The position numbers and the translations under genes are program-made. The notes under the pieces are model-generated. The model saw only the letters and a program-made list of their open reading frames with translations, was not told where the DNA came from and ran no database searches. A DNA stretch of 64,000 bases, from NCBI GenBank assembly GCA_029953675.1, contig JAMWBK010000004.1:372001-436000 (forward strand), written 5' to 3'. Numbering within the stretch: the first letter of the stretch is position 1; each line of letters opens with the position of its first letter. The stretch comes from Rhodosorus marinus CCMP1338 (taxonomy: Eukaryota > Plantae > Rhodophyta). Shown one piece after another: positions 11,605 to 24,083 of this stretch.

Positions 11605-13715
11605 ATGATGGAAGCAACACGAGATCATGGCGATGAATCGAAACGAAAGACTGGTTCTAGCGACACTGGAGAACTGGAAGAAGCGTCGATGAGGAAAGAC
11701 CAAAGTCAAGGGGCAGACTCGGGAGGGGGAGGCGGGGCGCAACAAGAGGATCTACCCTCACCTTCTGTTCCACTGAATGGAGCAGAGAGTAGAGAAGCCA
11801 AGGCCAATGGTAAAAATTTATCAAGAACAGGGAGTTCAGATCAGCTGGACTGGATACAGCAGTCGGTTCAATCTCGTGTATTTTTCCTGTCCACAGAACA
11901 ACAAGCTACATGCTCCGAGCAAAAGGCCATTGAAATTTCAGCGGGTGCGAAGATTGCAGAAGCAGGAGGTACGTCAGTTCGTGAAACAAGAGAACAGATC
12001 TCTACAATATAAAAGTCCAATAACGCTCTGGGGTCTCGACTTGCGCATCCTCATCGCATGCTTCAGAACTGGAAAAAAGCTCTCATTCTGATGCAGACCT
12101 TGAGGGGGTGAATAAGCCATCGCCCGACGACCCACAATCGGAACAGCGTTCGTGATCAAGACCATGAACTTGCTCCGGGTTATCTCGACCAGAACGTTGA
12201 AACCGAATAGATTTTCTTTCGTCGCATGTATAGATGAATCAAAGCAGAGCGCAGGACTTTCGAAGAACGCCCTCAAGAAGCTGAGGAAGAGAGCGCAACT
12301 TCAGGAGCAGAAGAGTCTCAGGAAACAGAGGGAAAAGAGAATAAGGCAAGAGTTTCATGATATGAGAAGAATAGAACGCGAGGTAGCATTTCTAGATCAG
12401 CATTATGACCACAAGTGGAGATCGCTTACGAGGTCAGCTGAAGACTAATGACCTTCGGAAAAAAATTCGTTTCTTCCAGGAACTGCTACAATCTATGACC
12501 GAAGAGGAGCGAGAGACTTACAGAGCCGGAAAGCGGGCACGTTCTTTGGAGTTAAGGGCGAAGGAGAAAGAAAGCATTCAGACTACGAGGAAGATGATCG
12601 CCGAGAGCAAACAAAGAGTCTGCATCGATATGGAGTGGCATTCTCAGCTCACGGAGAAGGAGCTAAACTCACTGTATAAACAGCTTAACTACACGTACTC
12701 TGCAATCAGAAAAGTACTTTTGAGGCACCATTTTCTGACCTTGTAGAGGTCGTGGTTGAATGTTGGCTGACGTAACCACCTCCAAACTTGTTTGTGTACC
12801 TGAAAGGCCGTTGCTGGAGGACGAAAGGGCCTGAAGCTGATTTTTACTGGTGTGGATGCCGCTTTAAAGCAAGACATGGAGCGAAAGGTACGACGACCTG
12901 TATCTGTCAACTAAGAAGCAGTCTATTGCTGGTCGCAAGAAAACAAAGCTCCGCGCTTGATCCGAATGTATTCGAGAACTCGTTCGATGAAGGTTTTCGC
13001 GATCTGCGCTTGCAAACGTCGAACTCCTCGCAGCCTCTGCAGGGTTTGTGTTCGGAATCTAACCTCCTTTTTCGACTTTTGTCCTGGGGTCAGCTTAACG
13101 GTTCCGACAGCTGGCCTGTTGTGTGGAGCGAGGCGACTCTTCTCGACCAATTCAAATGCGAGAAGGATTCACTGGTGTATTTAACTCACGAATCATCAAG
13201 GGTCCTAAAACAACTGTCGGAAGATGAGGTACGCAGTGGAAGACAATTCCTTCAGCCTAAGGCATGAGTCGGCTTTTTCTTCTAAGGCGTCAGTGCGTTT
13301 AGTCGACATCATGTCGACTGAGGTCGATCTGGTACGATTGGCTCTTCAAGGGACTGAACGCGCTAGTTTGAGATTGCGCAGGTGTACATTGTTGGTGGAA
13401 TCGTTGATCGAAATCGCATTAGAGGGGGCACTGCCAGCAAGGCAAAGGAGGTCGGACTACAGACCGCTCGCTTAGAGCTCAGTGAGGAATCCTTGCGTTT
13501 TACTAGCGGAACTACTGTCTTGACAGTGAACCACGTTGTGGAGATTCTTCTGGAAGCCGCTAACGGAGCGGCTTGGCGAGATGCGGTCATGAAGGTTCGA
13601 AAAACGATTTTCAGCTTTCGTTTTGCTGAATGCGCGGCTCATAGATCTGGGGCTCTTCTGTGAACAGGTTCTTCCGGCAAGGAAGGGAGTCATTGACACA
13701 AGCAAGAAGAAATAG
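11605..13715 (+). CDS. TRM10: tRNA (m1G9) methyltransferase TRM10, multi-exon
   Basis: Motifs are GLSKNALKKLRKR, RVCIDMEWHSQLTEKELNSLYKQLNYTYS, LVYLTHES, YIVGGIVDRNR and VLTVNHVVEILL..W..A...VLPARK. The start and the first exons are less certain. Confidence 0.88.
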
Positions 13716-13855
13716 CAACAAGAGTTACTCGTGGGCCATTTACACCGTCAATTTTTCATATCCTAGCTTTTACTTTATTAAAAGAATAATCGGAAAGCGG
13801 TTGAGACAGGGATTTTGAGATCTCAACCGCTTTGCTGTTCGCTTTATCTTCTTCG

Positions 13856-14672
13856 TTCTCCGGTGATGGCCACGGACCTGGAGGTGTTGAGTATGAGGTC
13901 GCGCTGCCGGTGGTAACGGCAATTTGCTGATGAGGCTGACGCCCCAGTGGTGCAGCGGGTGGCGGATCTAGTGGTCACTGATCTGAGTGCTCGTCGGAGT
14001 GAGTACGTCGACCTTTTCTATCCCTCGTCCCCAGGCTGGCTACCAGATACCTAGCTAGCGTCTGCTCGACGCCGAGGCGCCGCAGCTCGGTCAATGCGGG
14101 CAACTGCAAGGAATCCCCAGTTACACTGCGGCTATGTTGGACTCTACGCTTCAGCGATTCGGCATGTGCCCTACCGGTTTGTTCCACTCATCATCAAGTG
14201 CCTTTGGTTCAGTTGATAGTGTCTTTCGGAACAAAGCAGGGCGGCTTGATAGCCTCTTCACGGAGCTGTCTTTGATCCTCTGTCGTTCCAACGACTGCTT
14301 TGTTGTTGGACGCGTCTAATCAGCATCTTGTTTCTCGCTTCCCAGGGTAGTTAGGCTCTGAATAAACGGATGTATGTATGTCATTTAAGAGCTCACCCGC
14401 TTTGCTATTCCCTCTCTTTGTTCTCCAGTGGTGGGCACGGACCGGGAGGTGTTGAGTATGACGGTCGCGCTGCCGGTGGCAACGGCAATTTGCTGATGAG
14501 GTTGAGGCCCCAGTGGTGCAACGGGTGGCCGATCTAATGGTCACTGATCTGAGCGCTCGTCGGAGTGAGTATATCGACCTTTTCTATCCCTCATCCCCAG
14601 GATGGCTACCAGGTACCTAGCATCTTGTTTCTCGCTTTCCCAAGGTAGTTAAGGCTCGTGAATAAACGGATG
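13856..14672 (+). mobile_element. Decayed 3' end of a CRE-like non-LTR retrotransposon (RLE domain), followed by an internally deleted second copy
   Basis: Reading across stops and frameshifts gives RVADLVV..EYVDL..ASARRRGAAA..YA.AI..YRFVPLII.CFG..ELSLILCRSN, then a 3'UTR with AATAAA. Segment 13856-14055 recurs at 14421-14621, and the UTR at 14323-14372 recurs at 14620-14672. Confidence 0.65.
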
Positions 14673-15056
14673 ATGAAATCTGAGAGGAATTTGGTAGGAA
14701 TTTTGAGGGGGAACTTCGGAGGAATTTCGGGGAGAAGGAATGGGCAAAATGTAACCGCTACAATTAGGAAGAAGAGGGTGACATTCTCTTTTAGCTTTTT
14801 TTGATCGAAAGCGATGTTTGCAAAGGGGAATTTTTTTTTTTTGGATTTGGGAAAAAAGTAGACTGGGTGGAAGGCTGGCTTAACAGATTAAAAGATATAG
14901 ATAAATTTTTGGGGAAAACGGGGTTTGGAATGGAGGAATGGAGATACAGTGATGATTGATAAGAGTATATAGTGAGGATGGGGAGAAGGGGAGGGGAAGG
15001 ATAGGATGTGGAAGGAGTGAGTGCGTGGGGAGGACTGTTGATGAGACGTTTTAAAA

Positions 15057-16057
15057 ATGGAAGGTTATGTGTCGAGTTTTGTGGGAGGAGGGAGTGGTTC
15101 TGCTGATAAGGGGAGGCGGGTAAGGTGTAGCCGATCAAGAGGGAATTGGGTGGCGAAGACTACGGTGTATTCAAGTGGGAGAGGGCCTTCCTTTGCTGAA
15201 ACTGTTGGAGGTGAGTTGTGTTTTGGATGGAGTATTGGCAATGTTACTTCGTTGTTGGAGGTGGATCGTATGGTTAATATTTTTCGGTTGTTGTGACACT
15301 GCAGAGGACACGCCGGTTTATGATGTCAACGGGAATAAACTGGCCTTGACAGATGTCGTATCAGAAGGTGGCAAGACTACTGTGATTTCGTGGTTGAGGC
15401 ACTATGGTTGTTCACTATGGTAGGTTGTGTGAGAACTAGCAAAAGTTGTTCTGGCCTGATGAGCCATTGCAGTAGGGCTAGATGAATGTTCATACCTGCC
15501 AACTGAGATACCTAGTCGGACTGAACATCACCAAATCGAATTCCACTACCGTGGGCTTCAGTCGGAAGCAGGTGGCTGACCTGTCCAGGCTGAGCGATTC
15601 TGGACTGGATGAGCTGAAGAACGTTGACCTCATTGCAATTGGATCTGGAACCGCCGAGCAAGGCGCTGAGTTCTTGAAGGAGGTAAAATTTCCGGGAGAA
15701 GTATACAGCGATCCTCAGAGAAAGTAAGTAGTCGGCTATTCCCCAGGCCCACTAGGCTTTGCTTTTCATCAGAAGCTGAATGTTTCAGCTCAATAATTCA
15801 CCCCCAGGACCTATAAGGCGTTGAACTTTACAAAAGGGGTTCTGAGTACGTTCAACCCGGCCGGACTTGGAAAACTCATGGAATCGTTCTCCTCAGGGAA
15901 TAAGCAAAGATTTGAAGTCATTCCGACCGACCCATTTCAACAAGGCGGATGTTTGGTTGTATCTCCATCCAACGAAGTTGTCCTGCTGCACCGGGACGAT
16001 TTTGCAGGAGATCACGTGGAGGAGAGCAAGCTTCTTCAGGCTTTGAAGAGCGTTTGA
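15057..16057 (+). CDS. Peroxiredoxin-like 2 (AhpC/TSA, AAED1-type) CxxC redoxin, probably plastid-targeted
   Basis: After splicing it reads WLRHYGCSLCRKQV, LIAIGSG, FPGEVYSDP.RK.YKAL and QQGGCLVV...HRD.FAGDH. The N-terminal extension is Ser/Arg-rich. Confidence 0.85.
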
Positions 16058-16801
16058 GCTCTATGATATGTATAAAGGGCTTCGGCCAAAGTTGATGGGA
16101 TGTCTCATGGTCTCGCGAAAAGAATGCAGCGGTGTGATATGCTTCTCCACACACTCGTTTGGTTCCACCTTGTCGTTGCTTCCTCGTGGTCCCACGATAC
16201 CTGCCAGACTAGAGCCAGCTGCGGAATCTTACCTGAAAGATTGAGCAACCGCATGCACGAGAAAGCCAAAGCCCTGCCCTCCCCCCTTCCCCTCCGGGAT
16301 GAGCAACTCCTCCTTTTGGACTGGGAAAACCATGCTACTGCCTGGCCACTTCGTTCGCTGTACTCCTCAACCTGTGTAATGGTATATTATTCTCGACTCT
16401 CTCCTTTATAAGATTTTTCGTCTGTCACATGGGACTTGCCCACGATCCAACACTACCGGAAGCGGTCAACTAATAGAATATATATCTTTCTCAAGAAGCA
16501 AATGCTGTGCCATCTTACAAAGAGCTTGCTGAAAGCTCTCCCGTATGGGATGCAAACCATCCCAGCAAAGCAGTCCACACCAGACCGCATGCGAACTGCT
16601 CAGGCTCACAGCAATCGTTTCTAAAGAACTCGCCACAAGACGGCGTGGAAGCAAATCCCTCCGTAATAACTCTGCGATCAACTTCGGTCCCGCGGGATGG
16701 GCGAGGATGTTTCCCTTGTTCCGCGGAGCCTCTCTTCATCTACACATCCTCGCGAATATACACTTTTGACGAATAGCAGGTGGGCTCGTGGACGCATAGG
16801 G

Positions 16802-18212
16802 CTAAATATTATTCTGAAACCCGTGAGCACTTGACAACTGCACACCTCCCAGCAAGGACTTGCCCTCGTAGCGTCTATCACGACTGTAGTCGCAAGGTGG
16901 AATGAAGATGTACCGTCGGTGCTGTTCTATGGCCAACCCCGCTCTGAAACAAAAAAACAGAAGCAAGAACGACCCCACGAGCAGTTAGAACGTCCATACG
17001 AGCATCCACTATGAGCTCCTTCGCTATCCCCGTACCTGTCTCGTCTGATCAAGTACTGGATGAATCCTTCAAGACCCTCCTTATCTTCGTCAGTCTCAGG
17101 TTCAAAGTACAATAACGGGGAATTGATGGGGAGCATAGCCAACGTCAAATGCATCAGAGCGAACCTTCTTTCTACTGTCAGCGTGGACGGAAAATTCTGC
17201 AGTTCAAGAAAAAGAGACATAAACCCAGGGGTTGAGATTCATTTATGCCCGGACTGGAGGCTTCCCTTGACGCAAGGACAAGCCAAAAACAACAGTTTCG
17301 CGCGATTTTCTTACGTCTCCAAGTGATTCTCCATCGATTTGGTGAACGATTAGGTTACAGACAAACTTGTTAGTTTTCATCAGCTTGCATCTCCACCATT
17401 TCTTTCGAGCTAACGTGGGGTAGACCTTCCTCCATACGTCTGGGTCTTTCACATCCAGCGTGGGATCAATCAAGCTGTTGCGAAACACAAGGTATTAGTA
17501 CAAAGCTCAACAAGAGGGCTGTCAGTTGACAATCATCAGGGCTAGGCAACTCACTTCCATAGGGCTCGATCTGTCTGTAGCGACCGCCACGGCTGCTGAA
17601 GGCAGAGTTGTCTCCACAGGGAAGGCTTGCTGCCGCACTTGTTCCAATCTTTAGATACTCCTCTGGCAACACTCAAGTCCTTGGCGCTCAAGTAGCGGAA
17701 AACTGTCTCCAGTATGTCATGTACGGCGTACCACTCCACTGCAGTATTCTCGTCCTTGCTGTCGTCACCAGATATTGAAGACGACCTCGAAGGACTATCA
17801 ACTATCGAACTTTCTGTTTCAAACGCGAGCTCGGCTGGATCGGGGAAGAAATGCGGGCGAGGTGAAGGGAGTTTGAAAGTCAGTACTCTTCAAATGATGA
17901 GCAAAAGGAGCCGGTCCAAGACACAAGTTCAAACTTATATGGCCTCACCTTCGCGAGTGCACTTAATCAGCATTGTCCTCAAGGAATCCCTCATGAAGGA
18001 CGCATTTGCGTCGTTCAGCTGTGGTTTTCTTCGCACGTACTCTATGAGTCCTTTGAGCTCCGATTCCATTCTCGGCACTGAGTCTGGCGACCATAGCGGC
18101 TTCGCGAGAACACTCATTTCTTCCTCGGGTCGGTCCGAATTTCTGCAAGTACGAAAATCGCAGCACCGGGGTCAATATAAAGACTAAAAACAAACTCTGG
18201 CGAGGGACTCAT
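16802..18212 (-). CDS. F-box plus SPOC domain protein, multi-exon; 5' end may extend further upstream
   Basis: The F-box reads DILETVFRYLSAKDLSVARGVSKDWNK...LWRQLC. The SPOC-like part reads WWRCKLMK..FVCNL..FPSTLTVERR..LLYFEPETDED..GFIQYLIRRDRAGL..YIFIPP..SLLG. All introns join in frame by eye. Confidence 0.75.
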
Positions 18213-19560
18213 GATTCTCTCGGCAAGTTCAAGCCAAGCAGTAAACGCGATGAACTAGGTTATGAAACAAACCGTTCAAAAAGTCATGCCAAAAAAACCA
18301 AGGGCCAATGCAATGGGGGGAAAACAGATTGTTATGAAAACACCAATAAATTCTGTACCAAACGGTGGAGGAGCATACCCAGACCGAGCATCATCTTGAA
18401 TATCTTGAAGCCCATCGTCGCCTTCCATTACCACCCTGCTTCTCTTCCTCGTGCTCCCTTCAGCGACTCCGTGCAACATGAAGCCTCCACCAAGAAATAA
18501 AACACAACAAACAAGACCCGAACCAAACCAGGATTGCAAGTATCGAGCGATATCAAAAACGTTCAATTCTCACTTCCCGCAAACAAAGCAAACTATCTTC
18601 TCAAAGAAACAACACCCGACCTTTCTCTTCAAAGTCAACCAAACCCAAACAGCTTTGTGTTGGTCCTATGATGGCCACCCCGTCCCACCCCCAAGCACAA
18701 GGCCTCCTCAACACACAATACTCCAACAAAATTAGCAGATGACCATATTCCCTTTACACAAAAATACAAGAACTACAACGCCAAGGCTTTCAAAACCAAG
18801 TCTTCCCACCTCAGCTCTTCCAGTCTCGCTCAAAGCAACATGCTGTAATCCTAACCTATTTCCCCCCTTTCCCCCTCACACCCCCCACCCCCCAGCCCCC
18901 CACTCACCCGATTACCGCACCCTCAGCAATTCGCAATCCCTCTCCCAACTCTAACGGTATTCTAAACTCATAACAACCAAGCTCTCCACGTAAGAAAAGA
19001 TGCGCTACCCGCCTCCCAGTAAACAAACCACCCCCCACAACACCCCCTTGCAATCCACCAAACAAAAAGACAAAAAAAATTCCTTCTCACTTTTTAAGTA
19101 GGCTCAAACCGAAAAACACACAACAAACGCAAAAACATAAAACACATAAAACACATGAATTATTAAAATGAATCGGAGGGAAGTGACTTTTTTTTGTTAG
19201 TATGGTAAACCTCTTTAAAGACGATACAAGTTGTCCCTCCCTTTGAAAGGTACACAATTCCCATCACCCAGCCCTACACCTCTCTGTTTCACCCCCCCAA
19301 AAAAGAAGCCAAGGACTTTCTGCTCCAACAGAAGGTCTTTTTTTAGAGTATTTACCATATGAGCAAGTGACCACAACAACGTTTTTAGATCAATATTTAT
19401 TCAAAAAACCTTACTTACTACTTTTCTTCGATCGTTTTTTTGTGGGGAACATGGACTTTTTCCATCTCCAAACGGAAGAGTTGGTTTTGATTGACCAAGT
19501 TAGGAGGAACATGACCTTGCGAAAAGGATACATGAATTATTTTATTTTGGATTCGATTTG

Positions 19561-19620
19561 AGTTTAGCACAAGGTGTCGTAGCTGAGCCCCTAACTGGCT
19601 ACGACACCTTCTGCTAAACT
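19561..19620. repeat. Near-perfect 23-bp inverted repeat with a 14-nt loop
   Basis: AGTTTAGCACAAGGTGTCGTAGC pairs with GCTACGACACCTTCTGCTAAACT, with one mismatch. Confidence 0.9.
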
Positions 19621-21066
19621 TCTAAAAACGATCTTCCAGGAGGTCCTCTAAAACGTAAAAATGACGAAATAGCTCATAAAGTATTCATTGGTAAGTATTA
19701 CTATTTCATGTGGCATATCTCCCAGGGGTACGAGTAATTTCAAGACTATCTCCTAGACATGCTTTTGGGCAGCATCTTTCCCTATGTACATCCAAGAGAT
19801 CAAGGGGTATATGAGCGAGTCATTTTTCTGCTAAAGGCAAAAAGTAATTGACCCCAAAGCTTTTTTTGATGTGCACGGCTTCACCTCCCAGGGAATCTTT
19901 TTTTTTGAAATGGATAAATTTCGAGGGGTATTCGAGGTATCCACGATCCAGATAGATTATCACAGGCCCAAAGACGAACGAACGAGTTGGCGAGAAAGAA
20001 ATTGCGAGGACAAAAAAATTAAGGGGTCATGCCGAAGAGGTTTGTCTCAGACAGTGAGTTGGTCTACTAAAGTAGAAATGACGATGGAAGTCACATTTCT
20101 GGCAGACAATAAAATCCGGCTACAGTCCACTGGTCGCCATCCGTTTTCAATCTTTAACATTAAAACCAAACCCCCCTTCTTTGCATGCAGCGTCGTATTG
20201 ATCGTTACTTCTGAACATAAAAACTTAGCCCCTTTCCGGACTCCACACATCGAGATGACGAAATTATTACCCCCCGTCGTGTGCGCATATAATTTCTGGT
20301 TTAAAGTGGTGTCAAGTGCCGCTTTAGTGTCAAACTAACTGCTTTTATCCATCTTCGTTTGTCCAAGCAAAATTTTATTCTTTTTTCGTACACTCTCAAT
20401 GGCTCCGTTTTAGACCGGAGGTTGCTGGGAGGAATGGGACAAGCTCGTTTAGTGGGACACTCACGTTTGGGAGGCTTTGATTGGATTTGTTGGACACTGT
20501 GTGTGATTGGTGTAGGACAGGATTGTTTACTAGTTGAGATTGGTCGGGATCTTTGTTCGAAGATCGAGATGGGCAAACCGTGCGACAAATCTAAACTCAT
20601 AGATTGGTGGAATCCTATATGTCTCTCCATGCCTTAAATTACTAAGCCCTCTAGTCTACTCGCAAACATTTCTCGGAGTCTGTCCACTTCTAGCTGACCG
20701 CTCGTAAGTATGCGGAGACGCTTGCAGAATGCTGGCACGCTTCCATCTGATGGAAATCCGCAGTATTTTTCGCCAGGGCCCATAGCGACAGAGTCCACAA
20801 CACCAGCCAGGAACCATGAGGTAACAAGGCAAGAGGTAGATTCTTGTCTAGCACGGGGGCAATTCAGGAGACTATCCTCTGTCTCGTCGCGTTGTTTCTA
20901 CATCAAGCCTCGCTTCAATGGTAGCGGCACTGGGCCTCCGTCTTTCTGACCTCGGCGCAGACTTGGGCTATTCATCGCAGACAGTGTATTCGCCAACTGC
21001 CGCTGACACCCCTCCTAGTCGAGCATATCAAACACTGATATGAAATCGCGTTTCTCTGTGGTACGT

Positions 21067-24000
21067 TCACAGCTTTGAAAGAATACTCTTCGGTGCAGCT
21101 TCGTGACTGAGCAAGCTCCTAGAAGCTGCTTCAGTCGCGAACTTCATGGCATCAATGTCGCTGCAGCCTGTCGCGAGTGCATGGACAACTCCTGCAGCTA
21201 GCACATCCCCGGCACCGGTTGTGTTCACTACCCTCTCAACCTGTCCACGATCAGGGTACTTAGCCTCCGAACAAACGCGTCGTCGCGGACCGGGTTCCAA
21301 GTATAGCCTCACCTTGACAGCAGGGAAGTGAGTAATCCTTGGCTCCATTTTCCTGCACAGGTCAGCTCCTTTGCTGCCTCGCGTAATGACTACTCGACTA
21401 ACTCCCATGTTCTGCAAAACCTCCGCGCCTTCGTGAGGGGAACGAACCCGTCTCCCCGCAGCCGCTGTAGCCATCTCAACCACCTCAGCTTCATTCGGGA
21501 ACATCCACGAAACCGCATTAAGGCAACCGGTTCTTACAATCTGTGCACACGAAGGCGAGGCGGAGATTTGAGAACACATCGAGCTCAGAGGCGCACATTG
21601 GACCGGTAACGCTGGCCGCTATGGCTACGACTCACCCTTGTGCTCTTTGGCACCGATGTCGGTTCGTACATCAACTCCACACCATAATGCAAGCAATGCT
21701 CTGCTACGAGCTTCAGCTCCGAGACCTGCAGATTCGCATCGACGATTGCATACCTAGACATATGAAGCAATATTGCTACTACGTTCAGGACCACTGGCAA
21801 TCTGTCTTCGCAGTCCTCTGACCCCGTCTGTTGTCGTTTGTCGCATACTTAGAGTCGCGCAGAACCGAACCGTCACGAAGTACTGAAAAGAAAGGGCACG
21901 AATCATAAAGTGAAGTATCGACAACGGCAACGTGCATGTCACCGTCCTGGCCGTGTACGGCAACATAAGTGGCTGTTCGAAAACCGGGCTTCCGGATGAC
22001 GTTGCTCGTCGGCAGTCCAATGTGCTTGAGACTTGATACCGCTTCGGAGCCTATAAGATCGTCTCCTACGGCAGTAATAAGATCCACGGGCAACTGGCTG
22101 ATGGCCCCTAGTGCCGCGGCAACGTTCCTCGCAACGCCTCCGAAACTCGTTCGAACCTGGAAAGGACGAAGGTAAAGTATTACAACGAGGGCAACTGTGA
22201 GCACACTCTCGCAAACTTCAACGAGCTCATATTTCGAAGTCCGATTCAAATGTCATGGGCTCGGAGCGTGAGGTACAGCAGAGCGAGGAGATTAAAGTCC
22301 ATAACAAATATCTTACAGTACCAGGATTCGATGTCCCCAGGATCAGTCCGTTCTGCATATCCTCTGGTTGAGTGTATATGTCGAGGACAGTAGCTCCAAT
22401 CACCACTATTCCATCCCGAGCTCTAGGCACCCCGTGGTTTGCACGGGTAGAGCTCCCACCTGCTAGGTTGACGAGTTTAAAGGATTTAGGCACAGGCCTA
22501 CTGAAACGGGAATTTACGTACAGATCGCTGGTCTGCTTCTCAAACGTACAATCGCAATACTCAGCAGCGATGCGCGCAGCCACTGCAGCGTTGTTCTCGA
22601 CAAGCCTTCGATTGGTTGCTAGGGCTTCACCTCCCGTGTACTGGACGACCTTCGAAAGGACGAACGGGGTTATTGCTGCGCCCGCGATCCCGTTCTGTTC
22701 CGCCTCACTAACCGCCCTGTCTATTGCCTGATTGAGTTTCACAGCCTCGGCCTCATACTGTTCCGGTATCTGCGCCACCGAACCAATGGCTGTTAGAATT
22801 AACGGAAAGGCCGCGCATTATGAACTGGCAACATGCTGAGGGGTTATCGATGTTACCGGTACAGCTACGAGAGTTCCTGATGCAAGGCTCAGCCCTCGGG
22901 ATGCGGAAAGTATTCTGGCAACCTCAGCCTCAGATTCGGCAATTCTCGGTGCCCTACTCCCGCTCTTTCTCATGTAGAAGGCAGGAAATTCGTCGGCGGA
23001 CAGCGTAACTACAGATACCCCGAGTGTCTCAAGGCGCTCCAAGGTCTGTTGAATACGATCATTTCTCAACGTGAGACAGTGAGGGACATCCAAAACATTT
23101 GCGTAGGGTGAGCTGCCATACCTTAGGTATGTCCAGGATGCTCTTCACACCAGCAGAGACAACACAAACGGAGCTCCTTGACAACTCGACGAGATCCGCG
23201 GATTCATCAAAAGTATGTTCAGCGCCGCGGTGAACGCCGCCGATGCCTCCAGTCGCAAAGACCTTTATGCCGCTGAGCTCGCAGGCGATCTTCAGAAGTG
23301 TTTTGGTTTTTCGGGAGATATGTAACAAAGGACAACACGGCACTAGAAAATAAGCAGTGGCCAGATCGGGATGCGCTACATCACCCTAGTTAGCAGACAA
23401 GGACGTACAATAGTACCAGCTACGGTAGTTGCCCCATTGCCGCCTGACGAAATGACTGCCGCAATATCTCGTCTTGACACTTTGGCCATGCTCTGACCTT
23501 CCATAGCAAGGAGAGCTAGCTCGTCCTCCTCAAGCCCGATTCTTAGAAATCCGCCGAGAACAGCTACTGTGGCCGGAACTGCTCCATTTGTCCTGAACAC
23601 GAAAGCGGGTTTCATGTCAAAGGACAAGGCTTATCAGGCGTTGCCAACCGATCATGGATCTCACCGAACAATAGACTCCAGCTTCCTGGCGGTGGCCAGG
23701 TTCTCCGGATACGGCATTCCATGAGCAATGATCGTCGACTCCAGCGCGACAACTGGTCGACCATCGCTCAGAGCATTCGCAACTTCAGCCTTGATCCGGA
23801 TTCTATCCTCCAAACTATGATCCACCTCCATGTTCCAAGGCTCCGCCGGAGGCACGCTCGTCTTGCCACAATGACTTTGTTCCGACGTTTCCGCAGGAAG
23901 GTAGTCGCGATCGAACAGAGGAGCACCTCCTTGCGCTAACCGCAAGATCCTCGCGAGGGCGTCACGCAACGCGCTCCGCAGTTCACTGGCTACAGATCTA

Positions 24001-24083
24001 AGGCGAGATTGCCCTGCTCGCAAAGCATCTCTCGCGGTGCGCGCGGAAGGATCGTTATGTACGTAGAAGGAGAGATAGAGCAA
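21067..24083 (-). CDS. Bifunctional pseudouridine-5'-phosphate glycosidase (PsuG) and PfkB pseudouridine kinase fusion, multi-exon
   Basis: The PsuG part has [46 protein letters not shown] and ITPFVL. The kinase part has [22 protein letters not shown] and NTTGAGD. The protein ends in SKL. The exact start codon is uncertain. Confidence 0.92.

Noticed and set aside
15400-15570. Selenocysteine in the redoxin CxxU motif (ORF track shows CSLW*)
   Set aside because: Splicing TG|T restores TGT, giving an ordinary CSLC.
20047-20250. Reverse-transcriptase-like fragment (KKGG..WRPVD)
   Set aside because: No further RT motifs appear in any frame, so the resemblance is too weak.
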